DNA of 34,304 nucleotides from a virus (IMGVR_UViG_2703718827_000010:1-34304), one strand, 5' to 3'; positions 15,879 to 25,703 are shown, counted from the stretch's first letter. Notes: generated by a model from the sequence alone, not told the origin. Numbers and translations: made by a program.

Positions 15879-15905
15879 AGGTCGCCGCTGGTGACCTTTT
15901 TTATT
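15879..15905 (+). terminator. Intrinsic terminator after the moron
   Basis: Stem AGGTCGCC / GGTGACCT (one G-U) with short loop followed by TTTTTTATT. Confidence 0.5.
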
Positions 15906-15948
15906 CCCCTCATTCTGAGAGGACTCACAGCAATAAAGAGGGGGCTAA

Positions 15949-16335
15949 ATGTCCGATCCGATTTCCGGTACTGGGCTGGCTGGTGGTGTCCTGACGGGAG
16001 CCAGTGTCTATGGATTTGTTTCCGGAACCGATTACGGCGTGGTGTTTGGCGCATTTGCCGGGGCTGTATTTTACATTGCAACCGCCGCGGACCTGAGTGC
16101 AGCGCGCCGGCTGGCGTATTTTGTCGTGTCCTACATCGCCGGGATCATCTGCTCAGGGCTGGTTGGTTCAAAGCTGGCTGACTGGACTGGTTACAGTGAT
16201 AAGCCTCTGGATGCCATCGGTGCCGTAATCGTTTCGGCTTTAGCTGTCAAAATCCTGACGTTCCTGAACAACCAGGATGTCGGCTCGCTGGTGGCGCTGA
16301 TAACGCGCCGGGGAGGTTCAGGTGGTACTAAATGA
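15949..16335 (+). CDS. Holin-like membrane protein
   Basis: 128 aa with three hydrophobic segments, first gene of lysis cassette. Confidence 0.6.
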   Translation: MSDPISGTGLAGGVLTGASVYGFVSGTDYGVVFGAFAGAVFYIATAADLSAARRLAYFVVSYIAGIICSGLVGSKLADWTGYSDKPLDAIGAVIVSALAVKILTFLNNQDVGSLVALITRRGGSGGTK

Positions 16336-16603
16336 CCCATCGGCAACAATCAACGCGCTGCTTTGCGCTGGGGTAGTGCTGACCCTGATGTTTTACCGTC
16401 GCGGTGATTCCCAACATCGACCATGGATATCTCGCTTAGCGTGGCTGCTTACGGTCATCTATAGCGCCGTACCGCTGGCGTATCTTTGCGGTATCTACCC
16501 TTATTCATCGTGGGCCACTATCGGGGCCAACATTATTTTCCTGTCTGTGCTGGTTGCCGTCAGAGGCAACGTGGCACGCCTGGTTGATCATCTGAGGCAA
16601 TAA
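16322..16603 (+). CDS. Second holin-like / antiholin-like membrane protein
   Basis: 93 aa, GTG start overlapping previous gene, two to three hydrophobic segments, directly precedes endolysin. Confidence 0.5.
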   Translation: MVLNDPSATINALLCAGVVLTLMFYRRGDSQHRPWISRLAWLLTVIYSAVPLAYLCGIYPYSSWATIGANIIFLSVLVAVRGNVARLVDHLRQ

Positions 16604-17220
16604 TGAACCAATCACAATTTCAGCAGGCGGCTGGTATCAGCGCCGGGCTTTCTGCACGCTGGTTTCCGCACATTGATGCTGCAATGAAAGAGTTTGGAAT
16701 CACAGCAGTTACCGATCAGTCCATGTTCATTGCACAAGTTGGGCATGAATCTGCTGGTTTTACCTCGCTGGTCGAGAGCTTCAACTACTCGGTAGACGGG
16801 CTGAAGAAAACCTTTGGTAAACGCCTGACGCCTTATCAGTGTGAAATGCTGGGGCGTGTCGATGGTAAGCAGGTGGCCCACCAGCCGCAAATAGCCAATC
16901 TGGTTTATGGTGACCGCATGGGGAATAACAGCCAGGGTGATGGCTGGAAATATCGTGGTCGTGGCCTGCTTCAAATCACCGGCCGCGAGAACTACGCCAA
17001 ATGCGGAGCGGCGCTGAAGCTTGATCTGATCAGCACACCAGAGTTGCTGGCAAAGGAGAAGCATGCAGCCCGTTCTGCTGCATGGTTTTTCACATTACGT
17101 GGTTGCCTGATGTATTCAGGTGATGTTGTCCGTGTCACGCAGATCATCAACGGTGGCCAGAATGGACTGGCTGACAGAAATAGTCGTTATAACAAAGCGC
17201 GGGCGGCGTTGCTGGTATGA
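16603..17220 (+). CDS. Endolysin, glycoside hydrolase family 19 (chitinase-like) type
   Basis: Motifs [10 protein letters not shown] and [15 protein letters not shown] resemble GH19 catalytic signatures; lies between holins and spanins. Confidence 0.75.
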   Translation: MNQSQFQQAAGISAGLSARWFPHIDAAMKEFGITAVTDQSMFIAQVGHESAGFTSLVESFNYSVDGLKKTFGKRLTPYQCEMLGRVDGKQVAHQPQIANLVYGDRMGNNSQGDGWKYRGRGLLQITGRENYAKCGAALKLDLISTPELLAKEKHAARSAAWFFTLRGCLMYSGDVVRVTQIINGGQNGLADRNSRYNKARAALLV

Positions 17221-17744
17221 CAGCGGCCTTTGCTTTCGTTAAGACGCGGTGGAAAACAATCATTGTTTTGCTGATGTTGGCTGGTGCATTTCTTGCTGGG
17301 AACATCTGGAGTGAGCGGGGCTGGCAAAAGAAGTGGGCTGACCGTAATAGCATGGAATCTTCACAGGAAGCGAACGCGCAGACTGCCGCACGCTGGATTG
17401 AACAAGGGCGCATAATTGCCCGTGATGAGGCTGTAAAAGATGCGCAAGCACAAGCCGCTAAATCTGCTGCCACTGCTGCTGGCCTGTCTGCCACTGTTAG
17501 CCAGTTGCGTACCGAAGCAACAAAGCTTGCCGCCCGCCTGGACGCCGCAAAGCACACCGCAGATCTTGCCGCTGCCGTCAGAAGCAAAACAGCCGGAGCC
17601 GACGCAGGATTGCTCGCCGACATGCTCGGACGCCTTGCAGAAGAAGCTCGATATTATGCTGGACGAGCTGACGAAAGCTACCGCGCTGGAATGACGTGTG
17701 AGCGGATTCATGACTCGGTGAGAGAGTCAAATAACCAACAATGA
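17217..17744 (+). CDS. Rz: Inner-membrane spanin (Rz-like)
   Basis: N-terminal TM helix, Ala/Gln-rich coiled-coil periplasmic domain, follows endolysin. Confidence 0.7.
   Translation: MTAAFAFVKTRWKTIIVLLMLAGAFLAGNIWSERGWQKKWADRNSMESSQEANAQTAARWIEQGRIIARDEAVKDAQAQAAKSAATAAGLSATVSQLRTEATKLAARLDAAKHTADLAAAVRSKTAGADAGLLADMLGRLAEEARYYAGRADESYRAGMTCERIHDSVRESNNQQ
17440..17694 (+). CDS. Rz1: Outer-membrane lipoprotein spanin (Rz1-like) embedded in a different frame inside Rz
   Basis: Signal peptide with lipobox LLASC, Pro-rich mature region, entirely inside Rz. Confidence 0.65.
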   Translation: MRKHKPLNLLPLLLACLPLLASCVPKQQSLPPAWTPQSTPQILPLPSEAKQPEPTQDCSPTCSDALQKKLDIMLDELTKATALE

Positions 17745-17906
17745 GCTTCGCAATCAGCAGTCGCCAGATGAAAGAAAATAAGCATGTACTGGCTATTGAG
17801 CATGAGTACATTATGCATCCACATTTGCTAGTTGGACGACAGTAATTGGTTAATAATTGAACGGAATGCGGTATGATAAACCACATTCATTAAAAGGTCA
17901 GCCATC

Positions 17907-18071
17907 ATGTCATTCTTCGATTACGCAATGCAGCGTGTTGGGCTTGTAGCCAATATGACTGTCACGTGTCCGATATGTGGACATAAATCCACACACTCGA
18001 CCACGAAAGTACGCCAGCAACAGGCGTTACTTTGCCCTAAATGTAAATCGCTGTTTGTCATTCACAGGTAG
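17907..18071 (+). CDS. Small zinc-ribbon protein (54 aa), absent from the ORF track
   Basis: MSFFDYAMQRVGLVANMTVTCPICGHKSTHSTTKVRQQQALLCPKCKSLFVIHR with two CxxC pairs; followed by terminator hairpin. Confidence 0.45.
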   Translation: MSFFDYAMQRVGLVANMTVTCPICGHKSTHSTTKVRQQQALLCPKCKSLFVIHR

Positions 18072-18096
18072 TGGGTCGCGATACAAATAACCCCAG

Positions 18097-18120
18097 GCCT
18101 CGCAATAGCGGGGCTTTTTT
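18097..18120 (+). terminator. Intrinsic terminator after the small zinc-ribbon ORF
   Basis: Stem GCCTCGC / GCGGGGC (one G-U) with AATA loop followed by TTTTTT. Confidence 0.5.
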
Positions 18121-18158
18121 ATGCGTATCACACATCCACATGTAAAAGGAAAAATACC

Positions 18159-18833
18159 ATGAGTAACAAAATCATTACGCTATCTGGCGCTGCTAATGAA
18201 GTGCTTTATGCGCTGTTTTTCCGTGGCGCGTTGCTGTCTGGTGATCTGCCTTCTAAATCTGGCACAGCCGAATTGCGCGAGCTTGGTTTTGCTGAAACCA
18301 GACACACAGCAACCGAATACCAGAAAGAAAATCACTTTACCTTTCTGACGTCAGAAGGTCAGAAATTTGCCGTTGAACATCTGGTCAATACGCGTTTTGG
18401 TAAGCAGCAATATTGCACTTCGATGACGCTTGGCGTTGAGATTGATACCTCACCATTTGTTGTGAAGAACGGTGAGGTATTCATCAAGGAAGCCAATATC
18501 GCTGGTGGTTCTATCCGCGCTGCCGAATTAGAAAAGCCTCAGCCGGTGACCAATATCTACAACATCAATTTTGGTGCTCGCAGTGATGAACCGGCACAGA
18601 ACCAGGTAACCATCAGCGCCGACAAATTCGAAGTTAACTCTGGCGTCGATACCAATCTCGAAGCGGTGCTTGGTAACTCGCTGAAAAATGCTGCTGAATG
18701 TGCGGCGCTGGATGTCGCAAAGCAAATGGCAGCAGACAAGAAAACAATGGATGAATTAACTTCCCATGTCCGCAAGGCCATTATGATGGAATGTTTCCCC
18801 GGTGGCGTTATCTGGCAGCAGTGCCGTCGATAG
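18159..18833 (+). CDS. Hypothetical phage protein (224 aa)
   Basis: Long ORF with RBS, phage-typical composition, between lysis and packaging modules. Confidence 0.6.
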   Translation: MSNKIITLSGAANEVLYALFFRGALLSGDLPSKSGTAELRELGFAETRHTATEYQKENHFTFLTSEGQKFAVEHLVNTRFGKQQYCTSMTLGVEIDTSPFVVKNGEVFIKEANIAGGSIRAAELEKPQPVTNIYNINFGARSDEPAQNQVTISADKFEVNSGVDTNLEAVLGNSLKNAAECAALDVAKQMAADKKTMDELTSHVRKAIMMECFPGGVIWQQCRR

Positions 18834-18847
18834 CCTGTGGAGGTCAT

Positions 18848-19081
18848 ATGCGTCTCACTGTATTAGATGACGATCCCGGCAGGAAGATTAATCTCGGTGT
18901 AGAGCGATACGCTGTTTTTCTCGATGGTATTGAAGTTAAACATGTCTTCACTGCTGACGATGAGAAGGGCGAAGTAATCGCTGCTGTTCTCGATGAGCGT
19001 GGTTATATGACGACAGATAACGGTGAAGTGAAGCGGCAAACGCTTTACGGTTCCGTGAGGATTGAACCATGCCAGCGTTAA
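18848..19081 (+). CDS. Hypothetical small protein (start at internal ATG 18848)
   Basis: GGAGG RBS 4 nt before ATG 18848; track ORF starts at 18791. Confidence 0.45.
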   Translation: MRLTVLDDDPGRKINLGVERYAVFLDGIEVKHVFTADDEKGEVIAAVLDERGYMTTDNGEVKRQTLYGSVRIEPCQR

Positions 19082-19419
19082 TCCCTCGCGCATGTCGCAA
19101 GCGAGGTTGTCCCGGTACGACTACTGACCGTTCAGGCTACTGTGAGCAGCATCGCAATGAGGGCTGGCAACAGCACCAGCAGGGTAAGAGTCGCCATGAG
19201 CGTGGCTACGGCAGTAAGTGGGATATCAAACGAGCCCGTATCCTGAAGCGTGACAACCATCTGTGTCAGAACTGCCTGCGTACTGGTCGCGCTGTTGCGG
19301 CCACCACCGTTGACCATATCAAGGCTAAGGCACATGGGGGTACCGATGATGATTCAAACCTTGAAAGCCTGTGCTGGCCCTGCCACCGCTCGAAAACGGG
19401 GCGTGAGCGTTTCAAATGA
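19069..19419 (+). CDS. HNH endonuclease (packaging-associated)
   Basis: Cys-rich zinc finger plus HNH motifs (DHIKAKAHGGTDDDSNLESLCWPCH); directly upstream of terminase genes. Confidence 0.8.
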   Translation: MPALIPRACRKRGCPGTTTDRSGYCEQHRNEGWQQHQQGKSRHERGYGSKWDIKRARILKRDNHLCQNCLRTGRAVAATTVDHIKAKAHGGTDDDSNLESLCWPCHRSKTGRERFK

Positions 19420-19575
19420 TAGTGATTATCATCAACAGCCGTAGAGGGGAGGGGGAGGTCAAATCCCTGTGGGCAAAGGCCCTAAGGACCGCCGCCTAGC
19501 CTTTCTTCACATCGCCGCAGGTTAGAAAACTTTTTTTGGGGTCCCCCAGCCGATGATTAATAGGAGTTTTCGATT

Positions 19576-20073
19576 ATGTCAGGACCGCCGAAAACCCCTA
19601 CCCATCTGCGTTTGGTGAGGGGTAACCCTTCCAAACGACCAATCAACAAAAACGAGCCGCAGCCACCTAAAGGGGTCCCCCCAGTTCCCAAGCATTTCGA
19701 CAAGCAGGGGAAGTACTGGTTTAAGCGGATGGCCGAAGAACTTGATGCCATTGGCGTCATATCTCAGCTGGATGCCAGGGCTCTGGAGTTGCTGGTAGAG
19801 GCATATACGGAATACCGCCATCATTGTGAAACGCTGGATCGGGAAGGTTATACCTATGCGGTATACAGCGATGATGATGCTGATGAAGGGAAAGAACGTG
19901 AAATACGCATGATCAAGCCGCATCCGGCAGCCATGATGAAAGCTGATGCCTGGAAGCGACTTCGCGCGATGTTAGCGGAGTTTGGTATGACTCCTTCCAG
20001 CAGGTCTAAGGTCAGTAAAGACAAACCAGACGATGATGATCTGTTAAGTCAATTTCTAAATTCGAGGGACTGA
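19576..20073 (+). CDS. Terminase small subunit (P27-like family)
   Basis: 165-aa protein immediately upstream of large terminase; N-terminal basic region and acidic C-terminus. Confidence 0.7.
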   Translation: MSGPPKTPTHLRLVRGNPSKRPINKNEPQPPKGVPPVPKHFDKQGKYWFKRMAEELDAIGVISQLDARALELLVEAYTEYRHHCETLDREGYTYAVYSDDDADEGKEREIRMIKPHPAAMMKADAWKRLRAMLAEFGMTPSSRSKVSKDKPDDDDLLSQFLNSRD

Positions 20074-21830
20074 TGGCAAAAGTTACTGATGGCATACGTT
20101 ACGCCGAACGCGTCGTTGCCGGGGAGGTTATTGCCTGTGAATTTGTCCGTCTTTCCTGTCAGCGATTTCTGGATGATCTGAAGCACGGTGAAGAACGTGG
20201 CATCTATTTCAGCGAGCCCCGCGCACAGCACATCCTCAATTTCTATAAATTCGTGCCTCATGTTAAAGGAGCACTGGCAGGCCAGCCGATTGAGTTGATG
20301 GGCTGGCATGTTTTCATTCTGATCAACATCTTCGGTTTTGTTATACCTCTGGTAAATGAAGAAACAGGCGAAGTTGTGCTGCGTAATGATGGCAGCGGTC
20401 GTCCGGTGATGGTCCGCAGGTTTCGTACGGCATATAACGAAGTTGCCCGTAAAAATGCTAAATCGACATTATCCTCTGGCGTTGGTCTTTATATGGCAGG
20501 TGCCGATGGTGAGGGCGGGGCAGAGGTTTATTCCGCAGCGACAACGCGGGATCAGGCTCGCATCGTTTTTGAAGATGCGAAAAACATGGTTAAAAAAGCG
20601 AAACCCACACTGGGGCGACTGTTTGAATTCAATAAACTGGCGATTTACCAGGAGCAAACAGCATCCAAGTTTGAACCGCTTTCTTCTGATGCCAACAATC
20701 TTGATGGTCTTAATATCCATTGCGGCATCGTAGACGAACTTCATGCGCATAAAACCCGTGATGTCTGGGACGTTCTTGAAACTGCAACCGGCGCACGATT
20801 GCAGTCTCTGCTGTTTGGCATAACGACAGCGGGTTTTAACAAAGAAGGTATTTGTTACGAGCTGCGAGATTATGCCATTAAGGTGCTGCGTGGTTATAAC
20901 AGCGAAGTGGAAGGTGCGGTAAAAGACGATACCTTTTTCGCTATCATCTTCACCCTGGATAAGGATGATGATCCGTTTGATGAAACGGTCTGGCAAAAGG
21001 CTAACCCCGGGCTGGGTATCTGTAAGCGCTGGGATGATCTTCGCCGCCTGGCAAAGAAGGCCAAAGAACAGGTTTCCGCCAGGGTTAACTTTTTCACCAA
21101 ACACATGAATATCTGGGTGACCGCAGAGTCAGCCTGGATGGACATGATTAAGTGGGAAAACTGCGAGTTTATCGCTCCACGTCATGAGCTGAAAACTTAC
21201 CCGATGTGGGCAGGCGTGGATCTGGCCCACAAGATTGATATTTGCGCAGCAGTAAAACTCTGGAGGGCAGACAACGGTCACGCGCATGCAGACTTTAAAT
21301 TCTGGTTACCCGAAGGGCGGCTGGAAAAATGTTCCGCTCAAATGGCGCAGATGTATCGCAAATGGGCTGAGCTTGGGAAGCTGGAACTGACCGATGGTGA
21401 TGTTATCGATCATGCGCAGATTAAAGCAGATTTTCTGGAATGGATTAGCGGCGAAAACCTGAAGGAAACCGGGTTCGACCCTTGGAGCGCAACGCAGTTT
21501 AGCCTGGCTCTGGCAGAAGAGGGTGTGCCGCTGGTGGAGGTTCCGCAGACGGTCAGAAACTTTTCTGAGTCAATGAAAGAGGTGGAGTCTCTGGTTTATG
21601 GCGGGCGTTTTCATCACAGCAATCATCCGGTTATGAACTGGATGATGTCTAACGTCACCGTCAAGCCTGACAAAAACGACAATATCTTTCCGAACAAATC
21701 CACGCCAGAAGCGAAAATAGACGGGCCTGCCGCCTTGTTTACCGCAATGAGCCGCATGCTTGTAAACGGCGGCGAACAACAGGACAGCCTCTCTGACCAT
21801 CTGGAAAGTTACGGCGTCCGTTCATTATAA
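20073..21830 (+). CDS. Terminase large subunit
   Basis: 585-aa ORF following TerS; ATPase N-terminal half and nuclease C-terminal half architecture; precedes portal. Confidence 0.85.
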   Translation: MAKVTDGIRYAERVVAGEVIACEFVRLSCQRFLDDLKHGEERGIYFSEPRAQHILNFYKFVPHVKGALAGQPIELMGWHVFILINIFGFVIPLVNEETGEVVLRNDGSGRPVMVRRFRTAYNEVARKNAKSTLSSGVGLYMAGADGEGGAEVYSAATTRDQARIVFEDAKNMVKKAKPTLGRLFEFNKLAIYQEQTASKFEPLSSDANNLDGLNIHCGIVDELHAHKTRDVWDVLETATGARLQSLLFGITTAGFNKEGICYELRDYAIKVLRGYNSEVEGAVKDDTFFAIIFTLDKDDDPFDETVWQKANPGLGICKRWDDLRRLAKKAKEQVSARVNFFTKHMNIWVTAESAWMDMIKWENCEFIAPRHELKTYPMWAGVDLAHKIDICAAVKLWRADNGHAHADFKFWLPEGRLEKCSAQMAQMYRKWAELGKLELTDGDVIDHAQIKADFLEWISGENLKETGFDPWSATQFSLALAEEGVPLVEVPQTVRNFSESMKEVESLVYGGRFHHSNHPVMNWMMSNVTVKPDKNDNIFPNKSTPEAKIDGPAALFTAMSRMLVNGGEQQDSLSDHLESYGVRSL

Positions 21831-21840
21831 AGAGGCAGTT

Positions 21841-22026
21841 ATGATCCTGATGATTCTCGCCCCGTTGATCGGGGTGATGGGCGCTATTTTGCTTTCGTTT
21901 GGTGTATGGATGATTTATCCGCCAGGAGGCTTAATCAGTGCGGGTATGCTTTGCCTTATCTGGTCATGGCTGGTTTCCCGCACGCTTTCGCTGGCCGGGA
22001 AAACATTGCGAGGAGGGACTGACTGA
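21841..22026 (+). CDS. Small two-helix membrane protein between terminase and portal
   Basis: AGAGG RBS; 61 aa with two hydrophobic segments. Confidence 0.4.
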   Translation: MILMILAPLIGVMGAILLSFGVWMIYPPGGLISAGMLCLIWSWLVSRTLSLAGKTLRGGTD

Positions 22027-23255
22027 TGTTTTTCCCCGGAATGTTCAAAAAAAGTGACGCCCCTGTCACTACTCCGGCAGAACTCGCTGAAGCAGTGGGA
22101 ATGACTTACGACACCTATACAGGGAAAAGGGTAAGCAGCCAGAAAGCCATGCGGCTTACAGCGGTTTTCGGTTGTATCAGGGTTCTTGCTGAGTCGATGG
22201 GCATGCTGCCCTGTAACCTGTACAAGATAACCGGAAACAGCAAACAAAAAGCGACTTCCGAAAGGCTGCATAAATTACTGACGATGAAGCCAAATGATTA
22301 CATGACCCCCCAGGAGTTCTGGGAACTGGTCATTGTCTGTCTTTGTCTTCGCGGTAATTTTTACGCCTACAAAGTTAAAGCGCTTGGCGAGGTGGTGGAG
22401 CTTCTACCCATTGATCCTGGGTGTGTTGAACCAAAGCTTAACAGCCAGTGGCAGCCGGTTTACCAGGTAACATTCCCCGATGGCTCAACAGATGTGCTTG
22501 GGCAGGATGATATCTGGCATGTCAGAACGCTTACCTTTGACGGGCTGGTGGGGCTGAACCCTATAGCCTATGCAAGAGAAGCAATATCTCTGGGAATGGC
22601 AACAGAGGAACATGGGGCGCGGTTGTTCTCAAATGGCGCGGTTACCTCCGGTGTACTCCGCACTGAACAAACGCTCACTGACGCTGCTTATACAAGGCTG
22701 AAAAAAGATTTTGAGGATCGACATCTCGGGCTGAGCAATGCGCACCGACCAATGATTCTCGAAATGGGACTGGACTGGAAGTCGATGGCGCTCAATGCGG
22801 AAGACAGTCAGTTCCTTGAGACCAGGAAATTCCAGCTAGAGGAAATATGCCGCCTGTTCCGGGTACCTATGCACATGGTGCAGAACACTGACCGCTCGAC
22901 GTTTAACAATATTGAAAACCTCGGCATGGGGTTTATCAATTATTCACTCGTTCCGTATATGACCCGCATTGAGCAGAGAATCAACATCGGGCTAGTGAAG
23001 GAATCAAAGCAGGGTGTTTACTACGCAAAATTCAATGCCGGCGCATTGCTGCGCGGGGATATGAAGTCGCGATTTGAGGCGTATTCAACAGGCATTAACT
23101 GGGGTATTTACTCACCAAATGACTGCCGGGAACTTGAAGAACTTAACCCACGCGCAGGCGGAGATATTTACCTTACGCCAATGAACATGACGACGAAGCC
23201 GTCAGACAGCAGCAAGAACAAAATAACTGAGGAACAACATAATGCCGATGACTAA
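22026..23255 (+). CDS. Portal protein (HK97-like family)
   Basis: 409-aa ORF in canonical position after terminase; overlaps protease start. Confidence 0.85.
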   Translation: MFFPGMFKKSDAPVTTPAELAEAVGMTYDTYTGKRVSSQKAMRLTAVFGCIRVLAESMGMLPCNLYKITGNSKQKATSERLHKLLTMKPNDYMTPQEFWELVIVCLCLRGNFYAYKVKALGEVVELLPIDPGCVEPKLNSQWQPVYQVTFPDGSTDVLGQDDIWHVRTLTFDGLVGLNPIAYAREAISLGMATEEHGARLFSNGAVTSGVLRTEQTLTDAAYTRLKKDFEDRHLGLSNAHRPMILEMGLDWKSMALNAEDSQFLETRKFQLEEICRLFRVPMHMVQNTDRSTFNNIENLGMGFINYSLVPYMTRIEQRINIGLVKESKQGVYYAKFNAGALLRGDMKSRFEAYSTGINWGIYSPNDCRELEELNPRAGGDIYLTPMNMTTKPSDSSKNKITEEQHNADD

Positions 23256-23895
23256 ACAGCGGCTGGATATTCCGCTACAGCTAAAGTCTGTCAGCGACAG
23301 CGGGGAGTTTGAAGGTTATGGCTCTGTTTTTGGCGTAAAGGACAGCTACGATGATGTTGTCGTGCCAGGCGCTTTTTCGGCCTCCCTTCAGGCATGGAAA
23401 GAAAAGAATGCTCTCCCTGCATTACTCTGGCAGCACCGTATGGATGAACCCATCGGTATTTACACGGAGATGAAAGAGGATGAGGTTGGCCTTTATGTTA
23501 AAGGCCGGTTACTCATTGATGACGATCCCCTTTCGAAACGCGCACACGCCCACATGAAGGCCGGTTCTTTAACCGGCCTTTCTATTGGTTACATGCTGAA
23601 AGACTGGGAGTACGACCGTGTTAAGGGCGTGTTCCTTCTCAAAGAGATCGACCTGTGGGAAGTCAGTCTCGTCACGTTTCCGTCGAACGATGAAGCGCGG
23701 GTAAGTGATGTCAAAAGCGCATTTTCCCGCGGAGAAATCCCTTCTCAAAAAAGTATTGAACGAGTCCTGCGCGATGTTGGGCTCTCACGCACCCAGGCTA
23801 AAGCATTCATGGCCGGGGGTTATAGCTCACTTTCACTGCGTGATGTTGATGAGGTGAGTACCGCACTGGATGCACTGAAAAACATCAAATTTTAA
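23242..23895 (+). CDS. Prohead maturation protease (HK97-like)
   Basis: 217 aa between portal and major capsid genes. Confidence 0.8.
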   Translation: MPMTKQRLDIPLQLKSVSDSGEFEGYGSVFGVKDSYDDVVVPGAFSASLQAWKEKNALPALLWQHRMDEPIGIYTEMKEDEVGLYVKGRLLIDDDPLSKRAHAHMKAGSLTGLSIGYMLKDWEYDRVKGVFLLKEIDLWEVSLVTFPSNDEARVSDVKSAFSRGEIPSQKSIERVLRDVGLSRTQAKAFMAGGYSSLSLRDVDEVSTALDALKNIKF

Positions 23896-23908
23896 TCAGG
23901 AGTTAATT

Positions 23909-25117
23909 ATGTCAGTTGACGTTAAAGACGTAGAGCAGGTCGCGCAGGAACTGCAGGCGAAGTTTGATGCGTTCAAAGAAAAGAACGATAAGCGCCTGGA
24001 AGCAGTTGAACAGGAAAAGGGCAAGCTGGCAGGTGAGGTTGAAACCTTAAACGGCAAGTTGTCTGAACTGGATGAGCTTAAATCTGCGCTGGAAGAGGAA
24101 CTGAAGCAGGTTAAACGTCCAGCCGGTGGTCCTCAGAGCAAAGCCGCAAGCGAACATAAAACCGCTTTCATTGGCTTTATGCGCAAGGGTAAAGATGACG
24201 GGCTGCGCGAACTTGAACGCAAAGCTCTGCAGGTCGGTGTGGATGAAGATGGTGGCTATGCCGTGCCGGAAGAGCTGGATCGCACGATCCTTAATCTTCT
24301 GAAAGATGAAGTGGTGATGCGCCAGGAGGCGACAACCATCACAGTCGGCGGCGCTAACTATAAAAAACTGGTTAATCTCGGCGGTACGGCTTCCGGCTGG
24401 GTTGGTGAAACTGATGCCCGCCCGGAAACCGATGCGTCTAAACTCGGTCAGATTGAGCCGTTCATGGGAGAAATTTACGGTAACCCGCAGGCGACTCAAA
24501 CCATGCTGGATGATGCCTTTTTCAATGTCGAAGACTGGATCAACAGCGAACTGGCAATTGAGTTTGCAGAGCAGGAAGAAATCGCCTTTACCAGCGGTAA
24601 CGGGACGAAGAAGCCGAAAGGTTTTCTGGCATACGCTTCCACGCTTGATCCGGACAAGACTCGTGCATTTGGTACTCTCCAGCACATTCTCTCTGGCGCA
24701 GCGGCAGGCGTAACGGCTGATGCGATCATCAAACTGGTCTACACGCTACGTAAAGTGCATCGTAATGGCGCTAAGTTCATGATGAACAACAACAGTCTGT
24801 TTGCTATCCGAATCCTGAAAGATTCAGAAGGTAACTACCTGTGGCGTCCTGGTCTGGAACTTGGTCAGCCTTCCTCTCTGGCCGGGTACGGTGTGGCAGA
24901 GAACGAACAGATGCCGGATATCGCGGCTGATGCTAAAGCAATTGCATTTGGCAATTTCAAGCGTGGTTACACCATTGTTGACCGCATCGGAACCCGCATT
25001 CTTCGTGACCCCTACACCAAAAAACCATTCGTTGGTTTCTACACCACCAAACGAACCGGGGGAATGCTGGTGGATTCTCAGGCCATTAAACTGCTGCAGA
25101 TCGGCACTGGCGCTTAA
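23909..25117 (+). CDS. Major capsid protein (HK97 fold) with N-terminal coiled-coil delta domain
   Basis: 402 aa; N-terminal coiled-coil (QELQAKFDAFKEKNDKRLEAVEQEKGKLAGEVETLNGKLSELDELKSALEEEL) then capsid-like domain. Confidence 0.85.
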   Translation: MSVDVKDVEQVAQELQAKFDAFKEKNDKRLEAVEQEKGKLAGEVETLNGKLSELDELKSALEEELKQVKRPAGGPQSKAASEHKTAFIGFMRKGKDDGLRELERKALQVGVDEDGGYAVPEELDRTILNLLKDEVVMRQEATTITVGGANYKKLVNLGGTASGWVGETDARPETDASKLGQIEPFMGEIYGNPQATQTMLDDAFFNVEDWINSELAIEFAEQEEIAFTSGNGTKKPKGFLAYASTLDPDKTRAFGTLQHILSGAAAGVTADAIIKLVYTLRKVHRNGAKFMMNNNSLFAIRILKDSEGNYLWRPGLELGQPSSLAGYGVAENEQMPDIAADAKAIAFGNFKRGYTIVDRIGTRILRDPYTKKPFVGFYTTKRTGGMLVDSQAIKLLQIGTGA

Positions 25118-25155
25118 TTCTCTGGGGCTTCGGCCCCGATTTTTCGAGGTGATTT

Positions 25156-25382
<227 letters not shown>

Positions 25383-25386
<4 letters not shown>

Positions 25387-25703
25387 GGCCATCGATTCAA
25401 GAGCTTCGCTATCAATGCCGCATCGACAGTGATGATGATACCGAAGATGTAATGCTGGCGCTTTACCTCAATGCCTCTCTGAAACATGCAGAAAAAATCA
25501 CTAATCGGCATCTTTATGACAATGTTGTACCAGATGGCGACCATGACGGGATGGTGATAGATGACGATATTAAACTGGCTCTGATGTTGTTGGTGTCGCA
25601 CTGGTATGAGAACAGGGAGCCTATAAGTAAAGACAGCGTTAACAAGATTCCGTTCGGTGTTGATGCAATTCTCAAACAACACCGAAAAACTCCAGGAACC
25701 TGA
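25383..25703 (+). CDS. Head-tail connector protein (gp6-like)
   Basis: 106 aa, position after capsid gene. Confidence 0.6.

Noticed and set aside
17147-17623. 158-aa minus-strand ORF overlapping Rz/Rz1
   Set aside because: Antisense to the spanin genes; Ala-rich low-complexity translation typical of the reverse frame of an Ala/Gln-rich gene.
20469-21104. 211-aa minus-strand ORF inside the large terminase gene
   Set aside because: Entirely antisense to a well-supported long gene, no RBS context, odd composition; typical spurious antisense ORF.
24047-24685. 212-aa minus-strand ORF inside the major capsid gene
   Set aside because: Antisense to the capsid gene and would break the co-directional late operon; treated as spurious.
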